A stretch of DNA of 64,000 nucleotides from an uncultured Verrucomicrobiae bacterium. GTDB lineage: Bacteria; Verrucomicrobiota; Verrucomicrobiia; Limisphaerales; JAFGQR01. The stretch is taken from NCBI GenBank assembly GCA_963788655.1, contig CAWBHS010000076.1, positions 96,001 through 160,000 on the forward strand. The letters run 5' to 3'. The position numbers and the translations under genes were made by a program. Positions 42,424 through 51,399 of the stretch are shown here, piece by piece (position 1 is the stretch's first letter; each line of letters starts with the position of its first letter). The notes under the pieces are model-generated. The model was given only the letters and a program-made list of their open reading frames with translations. It had not been told where the DNA came from and did no database searches.

Positions 42424-43725
42424 ATGAATGCCCCACCAACGCAGGATAGACCTGCTGAACCAAGCAATGGTTGCGCCCGCATCCTGGTGCTGGATGACGA
42501 AGAAGTCATCACCCTGGCCTTGCGGGAAACCCTGATCCGGGAAGGCTACGAAGTCGTGGCCGAGACCGATCCGCTCCGCGCTCTCCAGCGGGTGCGTGAC
42601 ACGCCCTTTGCCCTGTTCCTGACCGACCAGCGCATGCCCGCGCTCAGCGGCTTGGAATTCTTCATCCAGGCCCGGGAGATCCAGCCGGACGCCACCCGCA
42701 TCCTCATGACCGGGGTGGTGAACCTCGACACCATCATCGAAGCGATCAACCAGGGGGAGATTTATCGGTTTATTGTCAAGCCCTGGTTGCGCGAGGAATT
42801 GCTGGTCACCATCAAGAACGGCATGCAGCGTTACCAGTTGATCCGGCGCAACCACGAGTTGCAACGGACCACGCTGGGCATGAACGAGGAGTTGGGCCGG
42901 TTGAATGCCTCGCTCGAGCAGCAGGTGGCCCGGGAAGCCGCCCAAAACCATAAACTCGCCGAACTCAACCAGGTGCTCGAACAGAACTTGCAACGGTCCG
43001 TCGAGCTTTGTTTGAAGACGATGGAAACGTTCCATCCCGGCCTGGGCACGCAAGCCCGGCGAGTACACGAATTGTGCCGTTTGATGGCGGACGACCTGCG
43101 GATGTCGCCCGATGAACGCGAGGTGTTCGAATTCGGCGCCTGGCTGCACGACATCGGTTTGATGAGCGTGCCGCGGCGGCTGATCAAGCTCTGGCAGCGC
43201 ACCCCCGAGAGCCTCAACCGGTCGGAACTCCAACAGATTCAACAGCACCCGGTGCTGGGACAGGAACTGGTCTGTTTCATGCACCATTTGTCGAACGTCG
43301 GCATCATCATCCGCGCCCACCACGAGCGGTTCGACGGCACCGGTTTTCCCGACCAATTGACCGGCGAGGAAATCCCCTGGCTGGCGCGACTGTTGGCGGT
43401 GGTGTGCGACTACGTCGAGAGTCATCGCCCCGAAGTCGAAGCGCGCGAACGCATCCAGAATGGCAGCGGCAACTGGTACGATCCCGAAGCCGTGCGGGCG
43501 CTGCTGCGCGTCGTCCGGCGTGCCCCCAGCTCATCTCGCGAGCGCGAAGTGCTCATGGCCGAGCTGAGTCCGGGCATGGTGACGGCCAACGGGATCTACA
43601 CCGCAAACGGCTTGCTGCTGATTCCGTCCGGCCAAACCCTCAGCGAGCCGTTGCTGGACAAACTCCGCAACCACAACCGGGTCAATCCCATTCGCCAGAC
43701 GTTGCTGGTGTACCTGTTAACCTGA
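42424..43725 (+). CDS. Response regulator with HD-GYP-like output domain
   Basis: VLDDE, TDQRMP, KPW; LHDIG, HHERFDGTGFP. Confidence 0.9.
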   Translation: MNAPPTQDRPAEPSNGCARILVLDDEEVITLALRETLIREGYEVVAETDPLRALQRVRDTPFALFLTDQRMPALSGLEFFIQAREIQPDATRILMTGVVNLDTIIEAINQGEIYRFIVKPWLREELLVTIKNGMQRYQLIRRNHELQRTTLGMNEELGRLNASLEQQVAREAAQNHKLAELNQVLEQNLQRSVELCLKTMETFHPGLGTQARRVHELCRLMADDLRMSPDEREVFEFGAWLHDIGLMSVPRRLIKLWQRTPESLNRSELQQIQQHPVLGQELVCFMHHLSNVGIIIRAHHERFDGTGFPDQLTGEEIPWLARLLAVVCDYVESHRPEVEARERIQNGSGNWYDPEAVRALLRVVRRAPSSSREREVLMAELSPGMVTANGIYTANGLLLIPSGQTLSEPLLDKLRNHNRVNPIRQTLLVYLLT

Positions 43726-43742
43726 ACGGCGCCGGTTTTGCG
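43726..43742 (+). promoter_or_regulatory. Possible sigma54 -24/-12 site
   Basis: CGGCGC-CGGTT-TTGC (GG-N10-GC) about 57 nt before 43799. Confidence 0.35.
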
Positions 43743-43798
43743 CCGATTTACCTAGTGGCGGCTGACGGCATCGCGCCCGGCCGGCAATTGAAGCTATT

Positions 43799-44335
43799 TT
43801 GAAGTCAATACGCGCATACCTCTACGGAACTGCCGTGGCAATCCTGGGTTTCCAGGCCATCTGCCTGGCGGCCTATCTGCCGGTCACCGGACCGGGCCCC
43901 TTGCGATTTCGACCGGCGAAACCGCGCGTAGCCACCGTGCCGGTTAAAGCGCCCGCCGTCGGCAACGACACCGGCGAAAAAGCGGAAACGGCGACCACGA
44001 CGGCCACGGCGTTGACCAACACCAACACCCCGGCAGTCGTGACGATTTCCACCAATCAGGTGGCAATGGAGGCGATCACCAATACCGTCCGTTCTCCGTC
44101 GCTGACCGAAGAAATGGCCTTTCTCAACAGTCTAACCAATCTGGACCAGTCCGCGGCAAACGGTGGGCCCGAAACTGGGAGCCTCACGCCCCAAATGATG
44201 CTGCATTTTTTCCAGAAAGACCGCGAGGGTAGGCGCCCCTCATCGGTTATTGCCGTCCCCTTCAGTTTCATACCGCCGGTGCCGTTTGCGCCGCCTGAAT
44301 CCAAAGCCACCTTCACGACGCCGGACGCGAACTGA
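43799..44335 (+). CDS. Secreted Thr/Pro-rich hypothetical protein
   Basis: TTG start, signal-like N-terminus, YLPVTGPGPLRF motif; fills the operon slot. Confidence 0.6.
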   Translation: MKSIRAYLYGTAVAILGFQAICLAAYLPVTGPGPLRFRPAKPRVATVPVKAPAVGNDTGEKAETATTTATALTNTNTPAVVTISTNQVAMEAITNTVRSPSLTEEMAFLNSLTNLDQSAANGGPETGSLTPQMMLHFFQKDREGRRPSSVIAVPFSFIPPVPFAPPESKATFTTPDAN

Positions 44336-44343
44336 AGCCCGCC

Positions 44344-45753
44344 ATGCTGCCCTCCGCCCATACGCCCGGACCTGCCCAATGCTTCCGTACGGCCCTGCTG
44401 CTGGCGGTTCTCGGACTGGGCCTTGGGGCCGCGTACGGGAACCGCCGCCCGGCGCCACCGCCCAAACCTGCGCCCGCGCCGACCCTCGAGAATCTGACGC
44501 ATGGGTGGTTGCCCGAGGCGAAAACGAACGTTGCGGCGAACGACCAGATGCTGTTGCCACCGCCAAATTCCGAAGAAATCAATCCGTCGTTGGTTGAGAA
44601 TTATCATCTCATCGCCAGTTCCAACCTGCTCACGACCACGCACCCGAACGCCTCAACGAACACACCGCCCACTTATGTCCTGTTGCTCAATCTGGCGCGA
44701 CAGCAACGGGCGCAAAAGAATTATTCATTTGCCATCCGGCACTACGCGTCGATTCTGGAAAGCGGCGCCCCGGAAGATTATCAACGCACCGCCATGGTGG
44801 AAATGGCCCTGGCCAACCAGGAGGCCAATCAACCCGTCAAAGCACTCCAGGTATTTGCCCAATACCTCCAGCACTGGCCGCAAGATCCTGCCGCCCCGGA
44901 AATCATGCTGCGCCAGGGACTGTTATACCGGCAGATCGGCGCGTCCACGATGGCGCTGGCGAAATTCTACTCGGTCATGACCAGCGCCCTGACCCTGAAA
45001 AACGGGAGTCTTGCTTATTACAAACGCCTGGTGCTGCACGCCCAGGCAGAAATCTCGGACACCTATTATCTGGAAGGCAAGTTCGACGAGGCGGTCGAGT
45101 ACCTGAATCGCCTGCTCAAACAAGACGCCGCGCACCTCAACCGGCCCATCATTCAATACAAACTCATTCGCAGCCTGGCCATGTCGGATCGGCACAACGA
45201 AACCATTGCCCAGGCCCGCGAATTTCTCGATCGCAATCCCCAGGCGCCCGAAGCCGCCGAGGTTCGGTTCCTATTGGCCAAAACGCTCAAGCAGAACCGG
45301 CAGAATGACGAGGCGTTGCGCCAGGTGATGTTGCTGCTCAAGTCGCAGCAGGCCACCCGCACCGCCAATCCGACCAACTGGGTGTATTGGCAACTGCGCG
45401 CCGGCAACGAGATTGGCAACCGTCTGTATCTCGAAGGCGATTACCTCTCCGCCTTGCAGATCTATGCGACCCTGGCCGAATTGAATCCTTCGCCCGCCTG
45501 GCAACTGCCCGTGTTATACCAGGTCGGCCTGGTTTACGAACGCCTGGAACAGCCGGAGAAGGCGGCGGAAACGTATCGGCGCATCCTGGCCCGTGAAAAA
45601 GAACTGGCACCCGAGGCCGCCCCAGGCTTAAAAACCGTCATGGATATGGCGAAATGGCGGAACAACTTTCTGAGCTGGCAGGTGCAGGCCGAGCGGTCGA
45701 GTCAAACCAATTACCAGGCCAATGCGTTTTCGCCCGCCCCGGCGACTCCATGA
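44344..45753 (+). CDS. Periplasmic TPR-repeat protein
   Basis: Signal peptide and repeated TPR-like helix pairs. Confidence 0.8.
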   Translation: MLPSAHTPGPAQCFRTALLLAVLGLGLGAAYGNRRPAPPPKPAPAPTLENLTHGWLPEAKTNVAANDQMLLPPPNSEEINPSLVENYHLIASSNLLTTTHPNASTNTPPTYVLLLNLARQQRAQKNYSFAIRHYASILESGAPEDYQRTAMVEMALANQEANQPVKALQVFAQYLQHWPQDPAAPEIMLRQGLLYRQIGASTMALAKFYSVMTSALTLKNGSLAYYKRLVLHAQAEISDTYYLEGKFDEAVEYLNRLLKQDAAHLNRPIIQYKLIRSLAMSDRHNETIAQAREFLDRNPQAPEAAEVRFLLAKTLKQNRQNDEALRQVMLLLKSQQATRTANPTNWVYWQLRAGNEIGNRLYLEGDYLSALQIYATLAELNPSPAWQLPVLYQVGLVYERLEQPEKAAETYRRILAREKELAPEAAPGLKTVMDMAKWRNNFLSWQVQAERSSQTNYQANAFSPAPATP

Positions 45754-46181
45754 GGGATCCAGTGACCATCGCCGCGGACCTGCGCGGACACCTGGCGCTG
45801 TGTGAGGAACTGCTGCTCCTCGTGGAACGTGAAAACCAGTTGTTGCGCGCGACCGGCGATTTCCCCGCGGGCGAGTTTTACCAGCGCCGCAAACGATTGC
45901 TGCCTCTCCTCGACGCCTCGGTGCAGAAAGTCAAAGCTCACCGCGTCGAATGGCAACGGGCGCCGGTGGCGGAGCGCCGGCAATCCTCGGAAGCGGCTTC
46001 GCTCATCCGGCTGATCCAGGATCTGATCATGAAAATCCTGATGCTGGATCGCGAGAACGAACAAATCCTCCTGCGCCGAGGCCTGTTGTCGGCCACCCGC
46101 CTGCCGCCACCAGCCCGCCAGCGGCCGCACTTTGTGGCGGACCTCTATCGGCGGCACAGCCAGGTTTCAACTTTGGAATGA
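45750..46181 (+). CDS. FlgN-like helical protein (putative)
   Basis: LLLVERENQLL...LMLDRENEQILL...Y pattern; ATGA overlap with upstream gene. Confidence 0.6.
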   Translation: MRDPVTIAADLRGHLALCEELLLLVERENQLLRATGDFPAGEFYQRRKRLLPLLDASVQKVKAHRVEWQRAPVAERRQSSEAASLIRLIQDLIMKILMLDRENEQILLRRGLLSATRLPPPARQRPHFVADLYRRHSQVSTLE

Positions 46182-46185
46182 TCCC

Positions 46186-47595
46186 ATGAGCATCGGCAAA
46201 ATTCTCATTCTCGAAAACGAAGAGGTCGTGGCCCAGCAACTTCTCGAACCGTTGCGCGAACGCGGCGAGGAAGTCCGCGTGGTCGCCACCGTCGCCGCCG
46301 CGCGAGCAAGCCTGGCCCAGGCTGAAGTGGACTTGGTGATCAGCGAAGCGACGCTCCCCGACGGCTCCGCAGCCGACCTGCTCGGGCTGCCGCAAACCAC
46401 ACCCGCTCCGCCTCCATTGGTGGTCATTTCCGAATTCGGTTCCGTGGAGTCCGCCGTCGAATGTCTGCGCCAGGGCGCGCTGGCTTATTTGCTCAAACCG
46501 TTCTCCGGAACGCAGGTGGAAGTGGTGCTTCAAAAAGTCGAAGAGCACTTGCGCCTGGTCCAGTTGAGCCGCCTGTTGAGCCGCGAGTCCGAGGCCGACG
46601 GCGGCTGGGAATTGCTCGGGGAGAGTTCCGCCATGCAGGTGTTGCGGCAGACCATCCGCCAGGTGGCCCGGACCGATGCCACGGTGTTGATCACGGGCGA
46701 AAGCGGTACCGGCAAGGAACGGGTCGCCCGGGCGATCTACCAGCAGAGCCCGCGCGCGCCTGCGCCGCTGCTCAAGGTGGATTGCGCGGGATTGCCGGAG
46801 GCGCAACTCGCCGTGGAAATGTTCGGCCAGGAAAAGGGCGCCGGCACGCCGGGTGGCGGGTCGCGTCCCGGACGTTTCGAATTGGCCGAGCACGGCACCG
46901 TTTTGCTCGACGAGATCAGCGAGTTGATGCCGGACATCCAGGGCGGACTGCTGCGCGTGCTCCAGGACCGCACCGTGCAACGGCTCGGCGGCAGCCGGTT
47001 GCGGCCAGTGGACGTACGGGTGCTGGCCACGACCAGCCGGCCTTTGGAAGATTTCGTCCAACGCAAGCAATTTCGCGAAGACCTTTACTTGCGGCTGAAC
47101 ATCGTGCCGGTGGCCATTCCCCCGTTGCGCGAGCGCAAGTCGGACATTCCACTGCTCGCCGAACATTTTCGCCAGCGCTTCATCCGCAAACATGGATCGT
47201 CCGCGCTCGCGATTTCGCCCGAATGCCTGGCCGCCCTCCAGCGGCATTCCTGGCCCGGCAACGTGCGCGAACTCAAGAATGTCATCGAACGGGCCGTCAT
47301 GGCCTGCGTGGCCGGCAATGTTCTCGAACCGGTTCACCTCGACTCGCTGGTCGGCCGCGCCAGCACCGCCGCAACCCCGGTCGCGCCAGCACCGGTTGTG
47401 GAAGTGCCGGATGATCTGGGCGAAGTGGAAAAGCGACACATCCTTGCCATCGTCCAGAAATACGGGGGCAACCGCACTCATGCCGCCCGACAATTGGGCA
47501 TCAGCATCCGTACGCTGCGGAATAAATTGAAAGAATACCGTACCGCGGACGCCACCGCGGACGCCCAGCCGAACGCAGCCGAATCCGAAGCTTGA
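46186..47595 (+). CDS. NtrC/FleR-like REC-AAA+-Fis regulator with degenerate receiver and GAFTGA loop
   Basis: GESGTGKE, LLDEI, WPGNVREL, NRTHAARQLGISIRTLRNKL; GAGTPG replaces GAFTGA. Confidence 0.9.
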   Translation: MSIGKILILENEEVVAQQLLEPLRERGEEVRVVATVAAARASLAQAEVDLVISEATLPDGSAADLLGLPQTTPAPPPLVVISEFGSVESAVECLRQGALAYLLKPFSGTQVEVVLQKVEEHLRLVQLSRLLSRESEADGGWELLGESSAMQVLRQTIRQVARTDATVLITGESGTGKERVARAIYQQSPRAPAPLLKVDCAGLPEAQLAVEMFGQEKGAGTPGGGSRPGRFELAEHGTVLLDEISELMPDIQGGLLRVLQDRTVQRLGGSRLRPVDVRVLATTSRPLEDFVQRKQFREDLYLRLNIVPVAIPPLRERKSDIPLLAEHFRQRFIRKHGSSALAISPECLAALQRHSWPGNVRELKNVIERAVMACVAGNVLEPVHLDSLVGRASTAATPVAPAPVVEVPDDLGEVEKRHILAIVQKYGGNRTHAARQLGISIRTLRNKLKEYRTADATADAQPNAAESEA

Positions 47596-47811
47596 TCCGG
47601 CGATACCGAACGGGTGGGCGGTATTGCCCACCGCACCGGATCGCGGATGGCTTCATCCGCACGAATGCCCCCCGGCGCGGATGCCAGCGGAGCTTGAACA
47701 ATTCAGCAGGAAGTCCAGTTCATCGAAACTTTGGCAGACAGAAATCAGAAGCACCGTGCGGATATCTTTATCGGTTAAAGTCCGGAAGCGAGGCGACGAT
47801 GAACCTGGTGT

Positions 47812-48636
47812 ATGCCTTTGGCCGTGCAGGATGCAGAAGCTTACCGCTTGATCAGCGCTTTGGTTTATGAGCGTTGTCGGATCCGTTTGGATGACAGCAA
47901 ACGTCAACTCATCAGCACCCGTTTGGGTAAGCGCTTGCGGCAATTGGGCTTGAGCAATCTGTCCGACTACTGCCGAGAACGGCTGCGTGGACCCGAGCGG
48001 GAAGATGAGATTACGCATGTCATCAACGCGCTCAGCACTAATTTCACCCATTTCATGCGCGAGCCGGACCATTTCGACGTGCTGGTCCATCAGGCGTTGC
48101 CGGCGCTGCTAGGGTCCACTCCCCGCCCCTTCCAAGTTTGGAGCGCCGCCTGCGCCACCGGCGAAGAACCCTACACGATCAGTTTCTTTTTGGAGGAAGC
48201 CTATCCATTGGCGGCAGGCTGGGACTGGCAGGTGCTGGCCACGGATGTTTCGACCAAGGCGCTGGACAAAGCCATTCCCGGCATTTACCCGGAAGAGCGG
48301 CTGCGGGGACTGCCGGCCGGTTGGGCGCGCAAGTATTTTCAACGAGGAGTGGGTAATTACGCCGGCCAATACCGAGTCAAACCGTACCTGCGCCAGCGCA
48401 TCCGTTTTCAGCAACTTAATTTGTTGGGGGATTACGGCTTTCGTGATTCGTTCGCGGTGGTCTTTTGCCGAAACGTAATGATCTACTTCGACCGGCCCAC
48501 CCAGGAACAACTCGTCAACCAACTTGGCCAAATGATTGCTTCGCAGGGTTTCCTGCTGATTGGCCATGCCGAAAGCTTGAATGGCTTGAACGTGCCATTC
48601 CGGTGTCTGCGGCCCAGCATTTATCGGAAAACCTAG
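47812..48636 (+). CDS. cheR: CheR methyltransferase (second copy)
   Basis: STNFTHFMRE, CATGEEPYT, CRNVMIYF, GHAES. Confidence 0.95.
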   Translation: MPLAVQDAEAYRLISALVYERCRIRLDDSKRQLISTRLGKRLRQLGLSNLSDYCRERLRGPEREDEITHVINALSTNFTHFMREPDHFDVLVHQALPALLGSTPRPFQVWSAACATGEEPYTISFFLEEAYPLAAGWDWQVLATDVSTKALDKAIPGIYPEERLRGLPAGWARKYFQRGVGNYAGQYRVKPYLRQRIRFQQLNLLGDYGFRDSFAVVFCRNVMIYFDRPTQEQLVNQLGQMIASQGFLLIGHAESLNGLNVPFRCLRPSIYRKT

Positions 48637-48643
48637 TTTTTGA

Positions 48644-49166
48644 ATGCCGTCGCCGTCGCTCACCGGATTTGCCCAACAGGTCGTCGTGGGGATCGCGGAT
48701 CTTGGCGGTGTCGAATAATCCGAATGTCGTGCTGACCACCTATTCGCTGGGCTCGTGCCTCGGGGTGACCATCTACGATCCGGTAAGCTGCGTGGGCGGT
48801 CTGGTCCACGTCATGTTGCCGGATTCCGGACTCGACGCCACCAAGGCCGCGGCTCAGCCGGCCATGTTTATTGACTCAGGCGTGGCGGCCTTGTTCCGCG
48901 CCGCTTACGGTCTGCGGGCGGAAAAACATCGCGTCCAAATCTGCGTGGCCGGCGGCGCGCAAGTGCTGGACCAAACCGGTTACTTCAGCATTGGCAAGCG
49001 GAATTACCAAGCCCTGACACAATTGCTCCAACAGCACGGGCTGGTCATCCGCGCCGAACACGTCGGGGGCTTGGTCAGCCGCTCGATGCACCTGGATTTG
49101 GCGACCGGCAATGTCCGTTTGAAAATCTCCGGCCAACCGCGCGAGGTATTGCTATGGAAGAACTAG
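48644..49166 (+). CDS. cheD: CheD deamidase, frameshift near 48700
   Basis: MPSPSLTGFAQQVVVGIADL then, in another frame, TYSLGSCLGV..HVMLP..AGGA..IGKRN..VGG. Confidence 0.88.
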
Positions 49167-50003
49167 ATGCCTTGATTGACCAAGTCGAACACTTGCCCCC
49201 GGCGCCGCGGATTTTGCCGGAACTGCTCACCTTGCTGAATCAACCGGACATTGACAGCAGCCGGGTGGCGCAACTGTTGACCTTCGACCCGGGCCTGACG
49301 GTCAATGTGATCCGCCTCTGCAACAGCGCTTTGCTCGGCGGCGCCCGCCCCGCCGAAGACTTGCAGGAGGCACTTGACGCGGCTGGGCTTTCGCCCAGTG
49401 TACCAATTGGTGGCGGCCATCAGTGGCTCGCGCGCGCTGACGCCGCCGCAACGCGGCTACGGGCTGGAACCGGGCGAATTGTGGCAGCACTCAGTGACGG
49501 CCGCCGTGGCGGCGCAATTGATTGCCCAGGATCGCAATGAGGATGATACCGTGGCCTTTACCGCCGGCTTGCTCCATGACGTGGGGAAGATCGTGCTCTC
49601 GGAATTTCTGGCCGCTAAAACCGCCCAAATTTTTGAAGAAACCGAAACCAACCATCATTCGATGCGCGAAGCCGAAAAGCTGCTGGTGGGGTGGGACCAT
49701 GCCGAAATCGGCGCCCGTTTGTTGGAGCGGTGGCACCTGCCGCCTTCCTTGGTTACGGCCGTTCGCCATCATCACGCGCCGGGCGAAGCCGGCGACTACA
49801 CCCGGTTGGCGTCGGTGGTTTACCTGGGCAACCTGGTGGCGCAGTGCCTGGGACGGACCTCCGGTTACCAGTCGTTTGCAATACACGGCCGGGCCGAGGT
49901 GTTCGACATTCTGAAGATCACGCCGGAACAATGGCCGCTCTATCTGGTGCGGTCCTGGGAAAAACAACAAGTGGTCCAGGCACTGCTGGACATCAAAGGG
50001 TAA
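49154..50003 (+). CDS. HDOD domain protein, frameshift near 49374
   Basis: LPPAP..DPGLT..CNSA then LWQHS, GLLHDVGK, HAEIG, WHLP, HHAP. Confidence 0.87.
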
Positions 50004-50005
50004 TC

Positions 50006-51112
50006 ATGAATTCGCAGTCCATCCGCACCTTGATCGTCGATGACTCGGCCCTGGTCCGAAGAATCCTGACCACCAGTCTCGCCCCTTACCGCGACATCGA
50101 AATCGTCGGCACCGCGGCCGATCCTTACGAAGCCCGGGAAAAGATCCTGGCGCTGAATCCTGACGTGCTGACGTTGGACATCGACATGCCCAAGATGGAT
50201 GGGTTGACCTTTCTCAAACTGATCATGAACCACCGGCCGATGCCGGTGATCATCTTTAGTTCACACACGCAAGCAGGTTCGGCCAAGGCGCTGGAAGCCT
50301 TGCAGTACGGAGCCGTCGATGTCCTCGGCAAACCCAGCGGCGCGAATTCAGCTTATTTGGACGGTTCCTTTTTGGCCGAGCGCATTCGCCTGGCTGCCCC
50401 GACCCGTTTCCGCGCTTGGTCCCCTGCTCCTGCGCCCGTCCCAACGACGGTCGTTTCCCCGCGTCCGCCGTCGCCGGGAATGGTCACGGGCCGGGCCTAC
50501 GCGGCCCGCCAGGTTATCCTGATGGGCGCCTCCACGGGGGGGACCGAAGCCTTGAAGGACGTGCTAAGCCGGTTGGGCCCGGACCTGCCGGGCATTTGTG
50601 TGGTCCAACACATTCCGGCCTATTTCTCGGCGGCGTTTGCCAATCGCCTTCACGAACTCTGCGCCCTAACCGTTCGCGAAGCCCGGGCCGGCGATGCGGT
50701 GCAGCCCGGGCAGGTGCTCGTGGCACCGGGCGGTTTTCATCTCGTGCTGAAATGGCGGGCGACCCAATATTTTGTGGAGCTTAGTGAAGCGCCGAAGGTG
50801 CATTACCAGCGTCCGGCGGTGGACGTGCTGTTCGAATCCGCAGTCCGCACCGGGGCTGGCCCGCACTGCCTGGCCGTGTTGTTGACCGGCATGGGTACGG
50901 ATGGCGCGGACGGCATGTTGAGTCTGCGCCGGGCGGGCGCGCCTACCATTGCCCAGGATGAAAAGACCTCCTTGGTTTTTGGAATGCCGCGTGCGGCCAT
51001 TGAACGCGGTGCCGCCCAACAGGTGTTGGGATTGGAGCAAATGGCCCCGGCCATCGAGCGATATGCCAGCGAGGTGGCGTTGAGCCAGGGTCGAAAAAGC
51101 GCCTTTTCGTAA
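50006..51112 (+). CDS. cheB: CheB methylesterase (second copy)
   Basis: LDIDMP, GASTGG, VQHIP, LTGMGTDG. Confidence 0.95.
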   Translation: MNSQSIRTLIVDDSALVRRILTTSLAPYRDIEIVGTAADPYEAREKILALNPDVLTLDIDMPKMDGLTFLKLIMNHRPMPVIIFSSHTQAGSAKALEALQYGAVDVLGKPSGANSAYLDGSFLAERIRLAAPTRFRAWSPAPAPVPTTVVSPRPPSPGMVTGRAYAARQVILMGASTGGTEALKDVLSRLGPDLPGICVVQHIPAYFSAAFANRLHELCALTVREARAGDAVQPGQVLVAPGGFHLVLKWRATQYFVELSEAPKVHYQRPAVDVLFESAVRTGAGPHCLAVLLTGMGTDGADGMLSLRRAGAPTIAQDEKTSLVFGMPRAAIERGAAQQVLGLEQMAPAIERYASEVALSQGRKSAFS

Positions 51113-51399
51113 TCCGCGCCTTGGGAACGCGTATGCGTTCGACTGCGCCAAGGGCCGACGGGGAAACACGCGGGTGAAGGCCCATCAGACCGTGGCCGGG
51201 CCTTCTGGCATTCAGGTGGGTGGTTTAGTGCTAGCTGACCGTTCAAATGCTTCCTCACAGTCGCGGCTTCAAACCGAGCCGCGTCCGTGAGGGTGCATCA
51301 CAAACCCATTCCCAATTGGCTCCGCAGTACCGGAATGCAGAAGGTGAGCACGCCCCGCAACGATTCCACCGCGTCATCCTTCACCCGCAACGCCCCAAA

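Noticed and set aside
48690..48710. Programmed frameshift in cheD
   Set aside because: No slippery heptamer or stimulatory structure seen; similar single indels occur across unrelated genes.
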